Positions 1-9,450 of a stretch of 64,000 bases of DNA are shown piece by piece (the first letter of the stretch is position 1; each line of letters begins with the position of its first letter). Where the stretch lies: the sequence record PZ445442.1. One strand, given 5' to 3'. The notes beneath the pieces are model-generated. The model was not told the DNA's origin and made no database searches. It saw only the letters and a program-made list of their open reading frames with translations. The stretch comes from a phage. The position numbers and the translations under genes are program-made.

Positions 1-204
1 GTTGAAGTAGGTTTTGGTGGCAAAGGGTGTCAAAACTTGACTCAAGGTAAGGAATACGCTGTTATCTCTGGGGGTGGAGACGAAAGTATTGTGTTCGAGG
101 GCCACATCCTGGGTGCTGAAAACTTTGAAATCTTTGACGACGATGGGGACCCGATCACCTGCCTGCTGGACGGGAATTGGGGAACTTTCGAAGTGATTGG
201 CTAA
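1..204 (+). CDS. hypothetical protein, C-terminal fragment (gene begins upstream of window)
   Basis: Open frame 1 from window start to TAA at 202-204; same orientation as downstream block. Confidence 0.35.
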   Translation, partial: VEVGFGGKGCQNLTQGKEYAVISGGGDESIVFEGHILGAENFEIFDDDGDPITCLLDGNWGTFEVIG

Positions 205-287
205 CAAATACCTATTGTAATTTACAGAAGGGGATGCTAAAATAGTGTCTCCTTCTATGTTGTTCAAATAAAATCGGAGATTCCATA

Positions 288-653
288 ATGGAACAAATGA
301 ACGATCAAGCGTCGGTTGCGATGAACGAGCAAGAACAACCTCAAGAATTTTTCTTAGGGTTAAGTAAAGATCAAGTGTCTCTTCTGCTAGTGCTTTCTTC
401 TTTCATGGGAAGACTTCAGGAGCTTACACAACAGCCAGAGGCTGAACAATTATTCCAGGCTCTGCGTGAAGAAGAAAAATATCGTCGTTTGGACTATGCC
501 TTAGGTTGGGTAGCTCAACAACGAGATATGCTGATGGCCCTCTCTGGGACCACAAGTTTTGCAATGGGCCTGTTGGCTCAAGTTCAGGACAAATTAATTC
601 AAGCAGGGTTTGCACACACGGCAAACACTAACGAAGAACAAGGAGATAAATAA
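288..653 (+). CDS. hypothetical protein
   Basis: 121-aa ORF, GGAG-type RBS upstream, stop overlaps next start (TAATG). Confidence 0.5.
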   Translation: MEQMNDQASVAMNEQEQPQEFFLGLSKDQVSLLLVLSSFMGRLQELTQQPEAEQLFQALREEEKYRRLDYALGWVAQQRDMLMALSGTTSFAMGLLAQVQDKLIQAGFAHTANTNEEQGDK

Positions 654-1924
654 TGAGCGTTATTCAACAATTCGCTAACCCGATGAATCCGCGTGAAACT
701 GTTTTACTAGCTCACGGCATGATTAAACGTGTCAGCATCAAGCCTATCAAAGGTGCTGATCCTACAACAGGTATTAAAACCACTGTGTGGCAAGGTAAGA
801 AAATTGAATCCAGCCACACCATCTCTTTACTGATTTCTGAACTGGATTCCTCTGATAACCTACTTCAAGGTGGTGAAGAAGTTTGGATCAGTATGGGCGA
901 TAAGCTGCTTAAACCAGGTCATCAAGACTCTGTCTCTGTTAAAATTGATGACAAGTGGGAAACCGTAACGCCAGGATGGATCGTAAATATCCCTTTGAAG
1001 GCAAACGAGCATAACGGTAAGACCTACTACAAAGGCTCACTGGCTAAGATGGTTAAGCTGGGTGCAGGAGAGGCTCCAGCAGCGACTCAGCAGCAAAAAC
1101 AGCAACAAGGTGCACAATCACAAGGCCAGAAGCAGAAACCTCAGCAGAATGCCAATCAGGGCGTTTTACGCATCTATGGTGATGTGACTCAGATTGTTGG
1201 CAACGTGGTTACTGTTAATGACCACAAGATTGGCGAAGGTGCTATGGTTGTAACTGATGAGCAGCTTAAAGACCTAGTGGTAGGTGGTCGTGTTGCAGCC
1301 ATTGTTGACAAAGACACCGGAAACATTATCAGTGGTTTCAAGGCCTATCCTCCTAAGGCAGAGAACGGTACTCAAGGCTCCGGTGGCAAGCGTAAATCCT
1401 CTTACGACCCTATTGGTGTGGAGACGGGGCATAGCATCAATGCGTTGCAGATCATCCTGGATCGCGGGTTTAAGGTGGACGACCCACTAGGTGTGGCTAA
1501 AACACTGCACGTAGTCACCATTGAGCTTAAGAAAGAGTATGCTCAAGCCACCAACCGAACTGAAGATGAAGTAGGTGCCAGTGTCGGTAATGCGGTGTTG
1601 AACGCTTGTCGCCGTATTGACAAGAAAACGAAAGTTGATGATTTTGCAGCGGCAATTACTGCAGAAGCAAAAGATGTCTTGACTAATCTGGCTGAGCCGT
1701 TGTACGATTGGATCAAGAACGGTGCTGAGTCCACTGACCATCAAGAACCTCAAGCTGCCAAACAGGAAGCCGCTCCACAGCAAAACACTGTAGACGCACC
1801 TCCTGTAAATGATGAGGAAGATGACCCGATGGGTCAGAATCCGGCGCAGTATGACTTCTGTGATGACATACCTTTCGCTCCGGTAGGTTTGCAATATGGC
1901 AAAAGTAGAATCCACGCATTGTAA
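653..1924 (+). CDS. hypothetical protein, possibly SSB-like (Q-rich linker, acidic tail with DDIPF motif)
   Basis: 423-aa ORF; Gln-rich low-complexity linkers and acidic C-terminal region containing DDIPF, reminiscent of bacterial SSB tail; OB fold not verifiable by eye. Confidence 0.35.
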   Translation: MSVIQQFANPMNPRETVLLAHGMIKRVSIKPIKGADPTTGIKTTVWQGKKIESSHTISLLISELDSSDNLLQGGEEVWISMGDKLLKPGHQDSVSVKIDDKWETVTPGWIVNIPLKANEHNGKTYYKGSLAKMVKLGAGEAPAATQQQKQQQGAQSQGQKQKPQQNANQGVLRIYGDVTQIVGNVVTVNDHKIGEGAMVVTDEQLKDLVVGGRVAAIVDKDTGNIISGFKAYPPKAENGTQGSGGKRKSSYDPIGVETGHSINALQIILDRGFKVDDPLGVAKTLHVVTIELKKEYAQATNRTEDEVGASVGNAVLNACRRIDKKTKVDDFAAAITAEAKDVLTNLAEPLYDWIKNGAESTDHQEPQAAKQEAAPQQNTVDAPPVNDEEDDPMGQNPAQYDFCDDIPFAPVGLQYGKSRIHAL

Positions 1925-2519
1925 GAGGTGCATCAAGTGCGGAGAGGTGAAAGACATCTCCGAGTTCTACAAACACCCAAAGATGTCTGACGGTCATCTT
2001 AATAAGTGCAAAGAGTGTTGCAAGAAGGCCAGCAGGGAGGCTGACCAATTTTCCCACGACTCTTCAGAAAAAGGTGTAATACGCGTGCTGTACAAGGCTC
2101 AAAAGTGCAACAGCAAGCAAAGAGGTCACCCGCCTCCGACTTACACCAAAAAAGAGTTTAAGGAGTGGCTATACCTAAACGGTTACAAAGAGTTGTATGA
2201 TCAGTGGGTAGCCAGCGGATACGACAAAAGGAAAAAGCCTTCTTGTGACAGGATAGATGATTTCAAAGGGTACTCTTTTGATAATATCCGTTTAACGACT
2301 TGGGGAGAAAATAAAGACAAGCAGACAGAGGATATTCTGTTGCATAGAAGCACCAGCGGTAGACGGTGTAAAAATGTAAGGAGGCTGGACATGAATGGCA
2401 ACGTTCTTAAAGAATGGGTATCCCACAATTCTTGTAGAAGAGAAACCGGAATATGTGTTGATTACTACATTCATGAAAAAATTCCAGCCCCAGATGGATA
2501 CCTCTACGAATACTTTTAG
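1896..2519 (+). CDS. Zn-ribbon protein with degenerate HNH_3-like motif (putative homing-endonuclease-like)
   Basis: N-terminal CxxC...CxxC pairs; C-terminal [23 protein letters not shown] resembles HNH_3 motif (HHIDGNxxNNxxxNLxLxTxxEN) with the His pair replaced. Confidence 0.4.
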   Translation: MAKVESTHCKRCIKCGEVKDISEFYKHPKMSDGHLNKCKECCKKASREADQFSHDSSEKGVIRVLYKAQKCNSKQRGHPPPTYTKKEFKEWLYLNGYKELYDQWVASGYDKRKKPSCDRIDDFKGYSFDNIRLTTWGENKDKQTEDILLHRSTSGRRCKNVRRLDMNGNVLKEWVSHNSCRRETGICVDYYIHEKIPAPDGYLYEYF

Positions 2520-2581
2520 CACCTAACTAACATAGCCCTGCCCGAAAGGGTGGGGCATTTTTGTATAAGGAGATCTGAAAA

Positions 2582-2998
2582 ATGACATTAGAAGATATCA
2601 TTGTTAAACCTGAGAACTATGACCAATACAACCTGTCAACTCAATCTGTAGACCTTGGATGCGCCACAGTTAGTGCGTGGCTGGTTAACGGAAAAGAGCT
2701 GGACAAGTGCTTAGAAGCTCACATGTCTGTTAACAAGTTTCTGGATGAAAATACTCACTGGCTGGAAGGTGCAGGCGTATATGCTTCATGGTTGGAGAGC
2801 ATGGGCTTTGACTATCAATCTGATGAAGGGTGGTGGAGCTATCTAGCTATCTGTCCAGAAACACTGCAATGCTTCATGAAATACTCTGAAGATCTTGAGT
2901 ACCGAGCGGTGGTTGATAGTGCTATTGCCCGTTATAGCCGTAAACCTTTTTCCCACGACATTAAAACTGTGGAAGAGTTTGTTGAAGTTTTCTGTTGA
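2582..2998 (+). CDS. hypothetical protein
   Basis: 138-aa ORF with AGGAG RBS. Confidence 0.5.
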   Translation: MTLEDIIVKPENYDQYNLSTQSVDLGCATVSAWLVNGKELDKCLEAHMSVNKFLDENTHWLEGAGVYASWLESMGFDYQSDEGWWSYLAICPETLQCFMKYSEDLEYRAVVDSAIARYSRKPFSHDIKTVEEFVEVFC

Positions 2999-3093
2999 CA
3001 CAGGTTGAAAGGTGTGCAATTATAACTTCATAGACGGGAGGACGTGATGAACGAAGAAAACTGGGATGTATAACTAACAGGAGGCCACTGCCC

Positions 3094-3291
3094 ATGATTT
3101 ATCGAATCCGTGTAAGAGAAGATGCACCAGGCTGTTACTTTGACTGGCGTGGGTGGTGGTTTCTCCACCCAATGGATGGACTCACAGATAGAATGCTGGA
3201 TGCTGCCCTTTATACAGATACCGATATAGAATATAATCTCTATCTGAAGGACGGTATAGATAACGGCCTGTTTGAAGCAATTCCTGTGTAA
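3094..3291 (+). CDS. hypothetical protein
   Basis: 65-aa ORF with AGGAGG RBS. Confidence 0.45.
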   Translation: MIYRIRVREDAPGCYFDWRGWWFLHPMDGLTDRMLDAALYTDTDIEYNLYLKDGIDNGLFEAIPV

Positions 3292-3359
3292 GAGGCTGTG
3301 ATAGCTATGTTTTATGATCTTCCTGTAGCACCACCACCTGTTGAACCCGGAGAACTAAG

Positions 3360-3785
3360 ATGATCTATGAAATGCCAAAACTGATTCGCGACGATGCCCA
3401 AAACGCTCACACCATTATTATGGGCAAACGCATGGATATTATTTGTCATAGAGATTTCTGGGAAGGAAGTTACTTCACAGAGTATTTTGGTAAACTGGAC
3501 AATGGTCTGCTGATCCAGTTCTACACCGATGCGGAAAACAACATTCCCTGGGAGTTCGAAACTGAAGATGTCCATAAACTTTTCACCTTCCTCGGTATTA
3601 AGGTTAAGGCCAAGTTTGAAGAAGGTGAGTGCGACGATTGTGGATTTTATGAGGTAACAGATTTCTACCTTCCTAGCGGTAAGAACCTTTACTATGAAAG
3701 CCACTTCGGTAACTCCAATATGCCACAGTGCTGGACTGAGTTTTTTGAAATTGCGGAAGAGGAGCTGGCTTACCGTGATTATTGA
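3360..3785 (+). CDS. hypothetical protein
   Basis: 141-aa ORF, coding-strand consistent. Confidence 0.5.
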   Translation: MIYEMPKLIRDDAQNAHTIIMGKRMDIICHRDFWEGSYFTEYFGKLDNGLLIQFYTDAENNIPWEFETEDVHKLFTFLGIKVKAKFEEGECDDCGFYEVTDFYLPSGKNLYYESHFGNSNMPQCWTEFFEIAEEELAYRDY

Positions 3786-4233
3786 TACTGTAGAGGGAGA
3801 TTTAATCTCCCTTTTTAAGGGCGGTGCTGGTCACCTGATCCACGGTTGTAACTGCTTCCACACAATGGGCAAGGGTATAGCAAAACAGATTGCCCGTGAG
3901 TTTCCTCAAGCACTGTCAGCCGACAAAGAGACTAGATACGGTTGCCTAAGTAAACTGGGTGCGTTCTCCCGATGGGAGCACTTATCTCCGATAGGTATTG
4001 TCTACGGAATCAATCTATATACCCAGTTCTACCCAGGACCTAATGCTGAGTATTTCTCAATCCTGAAAGGCTTTGAGCTAGTCAATGAAGTATTCAGCGG
4101 ATCGACTTTACCATTCTACATCCCTAAGATCGGGTGCGGCATAGGCGGTTTGAAGTGGGAACACGTAGAGGACGTTATTAACCTTGCCACTTTCGACATA
4201 GATATTGTCGTGGTGGAGTACAAAAAGTGTTGA
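3775..4233 (+). CDS. hypothetical protein, possible macro-domain-like fold (low confidence)
   Basis: Probable GTG start at 3775 overlapping upstream stop; motifs GGAGHLIHGCNCFHTMGKGIA and IPKIGCGIGG loosely resemble macro/ADP-ribose-binding signatures. Confidence 0.3.
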   Translation: MIIDTVEGDLISLFKGGAGHLIHGCNCFHTMGKGIAKQIAREFPQALSADKETRYGCLSKLGAFSRWEHLSPIGIVYGINLYTQFYPGPNAEYFSILKGFELVNEVFSGSTLPFYIPKIGCGIGGLKWEHVEDVINLATFDIDIVVVEYKKC

Positions 4234-4484
4234 CGACCATCTTCTGAGGTGATATAGTTTCCACGACAACTAAGAGAGGAGAGCACTGTGGAGACTAAAA
4301 TCTTAATTCTTGCTGTGGTAGATACAACCGAAGGAGCTATATTCGAATCTGCAGGAGGGTATTTCTACCTACCATACGGAAAAAGAACTTCCGAGCCAAG
4401 TAAAGATTCAATCCTCAAAGTGTTCCCGTGTGCTTTCTGGCTGGAGATTTTGGTATAAGATTGCAGAGGATTTGGGAGAGAATT

Positions 4485-4679
4485 ATGAGAAACAAGAAAG
4501 AACTTTACTCCGGTGAGTGGATCAACGATCAACAGGTGGGAGAGGTAACCTGCTTCCGATGTTTTACCAGGTACAATCTTAAAACTGCACCAAAAAGTGT
4601 TCCAAAGACTGACGGTTACTACATAAAAGAACCTCATTGCCCAAAATGTAAATGCCGATTGTACTGGAGCAATCTGTAA
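4485..4679 (+). CDS. small Zn-ribbon protein
   Basis: ATG at 4485 preceded by GGGAGAG; CFRC ... CPKCKC cysteine pairs. Confidence 0.45.
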   Translation: MRNKKELYSGEWINDQQVGEVTCFRCFTRYNLKTAPKSVPKTDGYYIKEPHCPKCKCRLYWSNL

Positions 4680-4742
4680 GAGGTTGACATCTGAAAACTG
4701 CAGTGTATAATATACGCATAAACTAACAGAGGGTGATGTATT

Positions 4743-4934
4743 ATGGTAATTTTTAACCGGGATGGTATCATAGTTAGACAGCACCCGTTCCTTGAATACT
4801 ATCAAATTGAGCAATGGTGCTACGGGGATTGCAGTCACTCCTATGGGCAAAGTTGGGGATATCGTACAGTTTTTGAATCCACAGACCTTGACAAAGTAAA
4901 ACAGAAAGTTTTAGAACTTCTTAACAACAAGTGA
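4743..4934 (+). CDS. hypothetical protein
   Basis: 63-aa ORF, RBS GAGGG upstream. Confidence 0.4.
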   Translation: MVIFNRDGIIVRQHPFLEYYQIEQWCYGDCSHSYGQSWGYRTVFESTDLDKVKQKVLELLNNK

Positions 4935-4944
4935 GTATCGTGCC

Positions 4945-5277
4945 ATGGTAACATTGGAAAGACGTAAAGCTATTGCCGCCACACTGGCAGACATCTTTTG
5001 GGATTGTAATTTAAAATCTACCCGAAATTGTGGTGCATCTGTAGATGTATTATTCCCACGGCCTACTATTGTTGCAATGGGCAACCTGCTCGATGTGGTA
5101 TATGGAGCATGGGACAAGGAAGGTGGATTCTATATCTGGCAACCTGACTACGGGACTTGGAAAGAGGTTAGTGGTTCTTCGGACTTCACTCCTGCAGTGG
5201 CTAAAATGGATGGCTGGAAAATCTATGTCGGTAACGACATGGAACTGAAAGGCGAAATTGTTTACTGGTTACCTTAA
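4945..5277 (+). CDS. hypothetical protein
   Basis: 110-aa ORF. Confidence 0.45.
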   Translation: MVTLERRKAIAATLADIFWDCNLKSTRNCGASVDVLFPRPTIVAMGNLLDVVYGAWDKEGGFYIWQPDYGTWKEVSGSSDFTPAVAKMDGWKIYVGNDMELKGEIVYWLP

Positions 5278-5298
5278 GAAAGTCCAGGAGATAAAGTT

Positions 5299-5544
5299 AT
5301 GAACAAAGGGTGGACATTTGTAGACGGCGTTAAAAACATGCCTCTAGGAAAGTATATTGTAGCCATGGCAGATGAGAATGGCAAGGTTGATTTCGGAGTT
5401 TGCGAGGTTGTTCTTGCAGGATCTGGTGACTATGCTCACAAAACTGGGATAATTAACGGTCATTTCTACTTTGATTACAACCCTGTTGTGGCGTATATGG
5501 CTATGCCAGAGTTCGAGCTCCCAAAGGAAGGTGCAGATGTTTAA
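5299..5544 (+). CDS. hypothetical protein
   Basis: 81-aa ORF with AGGAG RBS. Confidence 0.5.
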   Translation: MNKGWTFVDGVKNMPLGKYIVAMADENGKVDFGVCEVVLAGSGDYAHKTGIINGHFYFDYNPVVAYMAMPEFELPKEGADV

Positions 5545-5734
5545 GCTTAAATCTGCATGGAACATCGCTGTGGGGGACGAGATCCGTATCCCAGGTGGAA
5601 AGACCATTATGAAAATATCTCGTATCGAGTACGAAGGTGATCGTGTATTTCATATCTTTGCAGAAGATGGTCGAGAAATTTATATACAGGCAGGCTCTCA
5701 CATCTATATTCGTAAGAAAGGGGAGGACAAATGA
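5537..5734 (+). CDS. hypothetical protein
   Basis: ATG at 5537 after AGGAAGGTG; overlaps upstream stop. Confidence 0.45.
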   Translation: MFKLKSAWNIAVGDEIRIPGGKTIMKISRIEYEGDRVFHIFAEDGREIYIQAGSHIYIRKKGEDK

Positions 5735-6060
5735 CAGAGATCATCATTTCAACTGCAGGGTATGTATTCCTGACAATCATTGCGCTGACTATTCTGGTGG
5801 CGGTGTATGGATTTGTTATCCTTCCTATTCTTGAGACATTTAGTTTGTGTCGGTGTTGGAGAAAAGCTTACGGTCCACAACCATGGAAGGACTGGCCCCA
5901 CCTGGTGCGCTTAGCGTTCTCTTATGCTTACGATCACTCCAGTAGTGCATGCATAACCGGATACCACGCCCACAACTGGAGCTGGGAAGGGTTGAGGAAA
6001 TGGAATGTTACAAAGACCATACCTCTGCGCATGTACAAACCTAAAAACAAAGACAACTGA
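5731..6060 (+). CDS. putative membrane protein
   Basis: 109-aa ORF, N-terminal hydrophobic stretch, ATGA overlap with upstream gene. Confidence 0.45.
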   Translation: MTEIIISTAGYVFLTIIALTILVAVYGFVILPILETFSLCRCWRKAYGPQPWKDWPHLVRLAFSYAYDHSSSACITGYHAHNWSWEGLRKWNVTKTIPLRMYKPKNKDN

Positions 6061-6095
6061 TACTTGAAAATTCCTGGCATATCAAGTATAAGGGG

Positions 6096-6560
6096 GATTT
6101 CTAAAATGGATTTCCTCCTTTTGATATTTCACCGGGCTGGATATTTTAAAATTCTTAGAAAATCAGAAAATGGATCGAAAACTAAAATGGATTTTTCAGA
6201 GTAGGCGCGACAAGCTGAATAGCTCATCCTATCGTTTGCACCATATTCCAGACCACCATTATAGATTTCCCACACATGCTAACCTCCCTCTACTAGAACT
6301 TCCTCCACTTACCCTTGACCTTCTATGGTAACAATCTAACCACTATCTTGAAGTTGCGGTGCAGCTTTCCAGGTACTCGATCTACTTTTCATTTCAGGGC
6401 TTGGATTTTCTGAAAATTTTTCTCGATAAATTTCTCAGTACTCGATCTGTTTTTCGTTTTCTGAATCGGATTTTCTGGAAATCGTTCCGGATCTCGACCT
6501 GAAATTTTTGGGGACGAAATCTATTTTTCGTTTTCAGAAATGGATTTTTAAAATTTCTAT
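6096..6560. repeat. non-coding island with dispersed AAATGGATTT motifs and three degenerate ~60-bp tandem units (starting about 6373, 6438, 6492)
   Basis: Direct reading; no ORF with RBS. Confidence 0.6.
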
Positions 6561-6689
6561 ATGGGAATATTTTATGGGGCACTGTTTTATAGGAAATTGT
6601 TACGGAGGGTAATTAGCATGCTAATTAAATTTATTAAATGCGAGGGATTCTTATTTAGAATTTTGAATGATAATTATTCTCGTTTGCAG

Positions 6690-7175
6690 AATAACGGGCA
6701 GGCCCGGTGATTGTCTCCCGGCCCCTGCTGCCCCGGCTTGTTATTATAGTATCACACAGGACAAAGAAGGCAAGGATTTTTTGCATAAATTTTTAAATGA
6801 TAATGATAACCGTTCTCATTTTATGAAGCGCCCATCCCCGGTGGTTGTCTCCCCCGTCACCGGTGCCTGCCGTCCTTTCGATAGGTATATTATGCCGCCT
6901 GGCGGGGCCGCTGTCAACACTTTTCAAAAAATTTTTCTAACCTGATGCGCTAACCGTTGCAACCTGGCGGGGCCAGCCTGGCAGGTCCGCACTATAAAGT
7001 AAACAGCTACAGAAGAGGTACAAAAATGAAAGGTAATGCTACTCGCCTGGGAAATGTAGTGATTAATGATACGGAAGCTATCGCCCTGGTTGAAAAGGTT
7101 ATGGCGGGAGCGTTGGAACATAAAGAAGAGTACGAAAAAAATGGTGGTTAACCTGGCGGGGGGCGGCAGGTGGAT
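6690..7175. repeat. GC-rich short repeats (CCGGTG(A/G)TTGTCTCC at 6703 and 6839; CCTGGCGGGG at 6898, 6963, 7152) in AT-rich background
   Basis: Direct reading; inverted copy of the 22-nt GGCAGGCCCGGTGATTGTCTCC occurs at about 16285-16306. Confidence 0.55.
7026..7151 (+). CDS. hypothetical small protein (41 aa)
   Basis: ATG at 7026 after AGAAGAGG RBS; flanked by CCTGGCGGGG repeats. Confidence 0.3.
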   Translation: MKGNATRLGNVVINDTEAIALVEKVMAGALEHKEEYEKNGG

Positions 7176-7282
7176 TCTATCATAAAAATAATTTAAAATA
7201 GTCGTTGACAACAAGGTTAATCATGGTATTATTACCCTACAAGGTGAACAACACCGCACTAACCAGTAAAGAGGATAAATTT

Positions 7283-7480
7283 ATGAACGCATACGGGATC
7301 AAAGTACGTCGCAACACTCGCCAGGTGGTCACCAATCAAGTGATTTGCCGGGTGGATGTAACCATCAACAACGGGCAAGGCCTTTATAAATTTCGTCGCG
7401 GCCATAGCTATACCCTGCAACAGCTTAATCGTTGCGCCCTGACAAAAGGTCAGATCAACCACTGGTTTAATAAAAAATAA
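7283..7480 (+). CDS. hypothetical protein
   Basis: ATG at 7283 after AAAGAGGA; promoter-like TTGACA-N16-TATTAT at about 7205-7232. Confidence 0.5.
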   Translation: MNAYGIKVRRNTRQVVTNQVICRVDVTINNGQGLYKFRRGHSYTLQQLNRCALTKGQINHWFNKK

Positions 7481-7544
7481 GTATTGACATACAGTCCGAC
7501 ACCAAATACACTAAAAGCACAAAAGACACTAAGAGGATAAAATC

Positions 7545-7943
7545 ATGAAAACCACTACCTTTAATTTTGATAATGCAGACTTTTCTTTTTCTGATGTCAA
7601 GAACTGCCGCCGTGATCGTGGATTTTACAAGGCTTATAATCTGGTGGGCCTGGACGATGACAATAATTTGCACGAAGTAGCTGAGATCCGGTATTATGCC
7701 GCCGCCAGCGGGAACACTCACTACTGCGTGTTTTGGATTCACGACAACAAGAACAATAAGTACGGTTATACTGGCGGCAAGGCGAGCGGTCACGGTTACG
7801 ATAAAGCTAACGCAGCACTTGAGAGCGCATTAAATGCTATGGGGATCACTGCCGACGGCTGGATCTACGAAGAAGAGTTTTTGTCGGCACTTGCTGACCA
7901 CCTGGGCTATAAAAAACACATTGTAACATGCGCCCACGAATAA
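7545..7943 (+). CDS. hypothetical protein
   Basis: 132-aa ORF, AAGAGGA RBS, upstream TTGACA-N17-TACACT. Confidence 0.55.
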   Translation: MKTTTFNFDNADFSFSDVKNCRRDRGFYKAYNLVGLDDDNNLHEVAEIRYYAAASGNTHYCVFWIHDNKNNKYGYTGGKASGHGYDKANAALESALNAMGITADGWIYEEEFLSALADHLGYKKHIVTCAHE

Positions 7944-7949
7944 AAATCA

Positions 7950-7977
7950 TTGACACGCTGCAAAATTTAAGTAAACT
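7950..7977 (+). promoter_or_regulatory. sigma70-like promoter (TTGACA-N16-TAAACT) followed by leader hairpin GGCGGGAATGTTTCCCGCC (7988-8006)
   Basis: Hexamers and spacing read directly. Confidence 0.55.
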
Positions 7978-8025
7978 AGACACAAAAGGCGGGAATGTTT
8001 CCCGCCAGCACAAAGGAAAAAGATC

Positions 8026-8421
8026 ATGAATAAGAACGTACGCCGCATCATGAACGAACTGGCAAACGATGAAAAAATTATTGATATGCATTTGGTCAAC
8101 ATTTGCCGCCGTTGTGTAACATATAACAACCGCGCCGCAAAAGCGCGTGAGATGAACGCAAAAGGCACCTTAAAGCCCTTTCAGGTGGTTGTAAAATCTA
8201 TAACTAGCGCAGCAGGCCAGGCGCAGGACCACAACAACGAGAGCGCTAATATTGATCCGTCTTACGTAATGAAACGGATCCGGACTTGCAAGAATAAAGA
8301 GCAGGTATATAACGTCATAGATTGGCTGGACTCCCTGGGCGATGTGGTTTACAATAGGTTTTCTGCAGCTATCGAGATCCAGCTTGACAGATTGGACGGG
8401 AAAGTACTAAAAACTTATTGA
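8026..8421 (+). CDS. hypothetical protein
   Basis: 131-aa ORF with promoter, leader hairpin and AAGGA RBS. Confidence 0.55.
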   Translation: MNKNVRRIMNELANDEKIIDMHLVNICRRCVTYNNRAAKAREMNAKGTLKPFQVVVKSITSAAGQAQDHNNESANIDPSYVMKRIRTCKNKEQVYNVIDWLDSLGDVVYNRFSAAIEIQLDRLDGKVLKTY

Positions 8422-8422
8422 G

Positions 8423-8467
8423 TTTATTTTTAGATGGCCTTGACACCAGGGCCATCAATAAAGTAAA
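8423..8467 (+). repeat. conserved 45-bp intergenic element copy 1 (TTATTTTTAGATGGCCTTGACACCAGGGCCATCAATAAAGTAAAC)
   Basis: Near-identical copies at 9043 and 12775; contains inverted repeat GATGGCC/GGCCATC around TTGACA. Confidence 0.7.
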
Positions 8468-8500
8468 CTAACCACAGTTGAGCGGAAAGGGGGCTTAAAG

Positions 8501-8620
8501 ATGAGCACTACACGCCAGCACACAAAGGTAACCATCATCGTTTGCATCATTGGGTACATCCTGGCGCAAATGTTGATGGGTAGCGCCAACGGTGTCGCAA
8601 AATTTTTCTTAAACTTTTAA
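8501..8620 (+). CDS. small hydrophobic peptide (39 aa)
   Basis: ATG at 8501 after AAGGGGG RBS; below track cutoff; hydrophobic core IIVCIIGYILAQMLMG. Confidence 0.35.
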   Translation: MSTTRQHTKVTIIVCIIGYILAQMLMGSANGVAKFFLNF

Positions 8621-8648
8621 TTGACAAGCTAACTTAAATCGATATAAT
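8621..8648 (+). promoter_or_regulatory. sigma70-like promoter TTGACA-N16-TATAAT
   Basis: Perfect consensus hexamers with 16-nt spacer, upstream of gene 8700. Confidence 0.65.
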
Positions 8649-8699
8649 AAGCACATAAACGGGAAAACTTCCCAGAACACACAAAAGGAGAAAAACACC

Positions 8700-9041
8700 A
8701 TGACTACTATGACCGCCTCAGAAAAAGCTATGCAGATCGCTGAACTGAAAAAACAGATCGCAGACCTTGAGAATAAGATCGATAACTTTGAAATCGACGA
8801 GGACAAGTACGACGAAAACTATGATGAATGGTTAGACGAGATCTACGGCGAAATTATGATCGGAAACATTTCTTTTCTTCCGTCGCGTATCCTCAAGGAG
8901 CTAGATCCTATCGCTTACCGCTGCGGATTTAGCGACTACATCGACAGCCTGGATATTGAGGACGATGAAGAATACCAGGAATTACAGACAGAGTTAGAAG
9001 AAGCAAAAGAAGAGCTTGCGGAGCTGGAAGAAAACGAGTAA
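8700..9041 (+). CDS. hypothetical highly acidic protein
   Basis: 113-aa ORF, AAGGAG RBS, D/E-rich. Confidence 0.55.
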   Translation: MTTMTASEKAMQIAELKKQIADLENKIDNFEIDEDKYDENYDEWLDEIYGEIMIGNISFLPSRILKELDPIAYRCGFSDYIDSLDIEDDEEYQELQTELEEAKEELAELEENE

Positions 9042-9042
9042 G

Positions 9043-9087
9043 CTTATTTTTAGATGGCCTTGACACCAGGGCCATCAATAAAGTAAA
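9043..9087 (+). repeat. conserved 45-bp intergenic element copy 2
   Basis: Identical to 8423-8467. Confidence 0.7.
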
Positions 9088-9130
9088 CTTTATACTGTTA
9101 ACACTGAACTAATGCATAGGAGTTAAAACC

Positions 9131-9376
9131 ATGGCAGCACTAATCACCAAATATTATGCCCCTACCAACACCAAAAGCGCCCGTATCATGGTAAAAGGCT
9201 TCGGACGTAAAAAGGTGTACACCTGGGATTATGCCTTAGACACGGAAGACAACTACACCAACGCAATGACCGATTTTATTAATGAACTAAATAAGCAGAT
9301 CTTGACAAGTTATAAAGTGACCGATATTGCTTATATAGGTGAAGGCGGGATCTGTTTTGTAGGCATTGTGAAATAG
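9131..9376 (+). CDS. hypothetical protein
   Basis: 81-aa ORF, RBS TAGGAGTTAAAACCATGG (same leader as gene at 13745). Confidence 0.5.
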   Translation: MAALITKYYAPTNTKSARIMVKGFGRKKVYTWDYALDTEDNYTNAMTDFINELNKQILTSYKVTDIAYIGEGGICFVGIVK

Positions 9377-9450
9377 TTATTTTTTCGGTGGTCCTGGTTG
9401 CAGGGCCATCTATAAAGATAATTTATTAACACCATGAAAGGAGAAAGTAC

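Noticed and set aside
424-1957. Antisense track ORFs inside + strand genes (424-624, 1487-1957, 1543-1734, 1713-2057)
   Set aside because: They lie opposite clearly coding + strand genes in a block with uniform + orientation, and lack RBS
6394-7214. Track ORFs 6394-6582 (-), 6667-6945 (+), 6924-7214 (-) and 6957-7151 (+, long form)
   Set aside because: They traverse tandem and GC-rich repeats, have low-complexity translations and no RBS; only the short 7026-7151 frame has a plausible start
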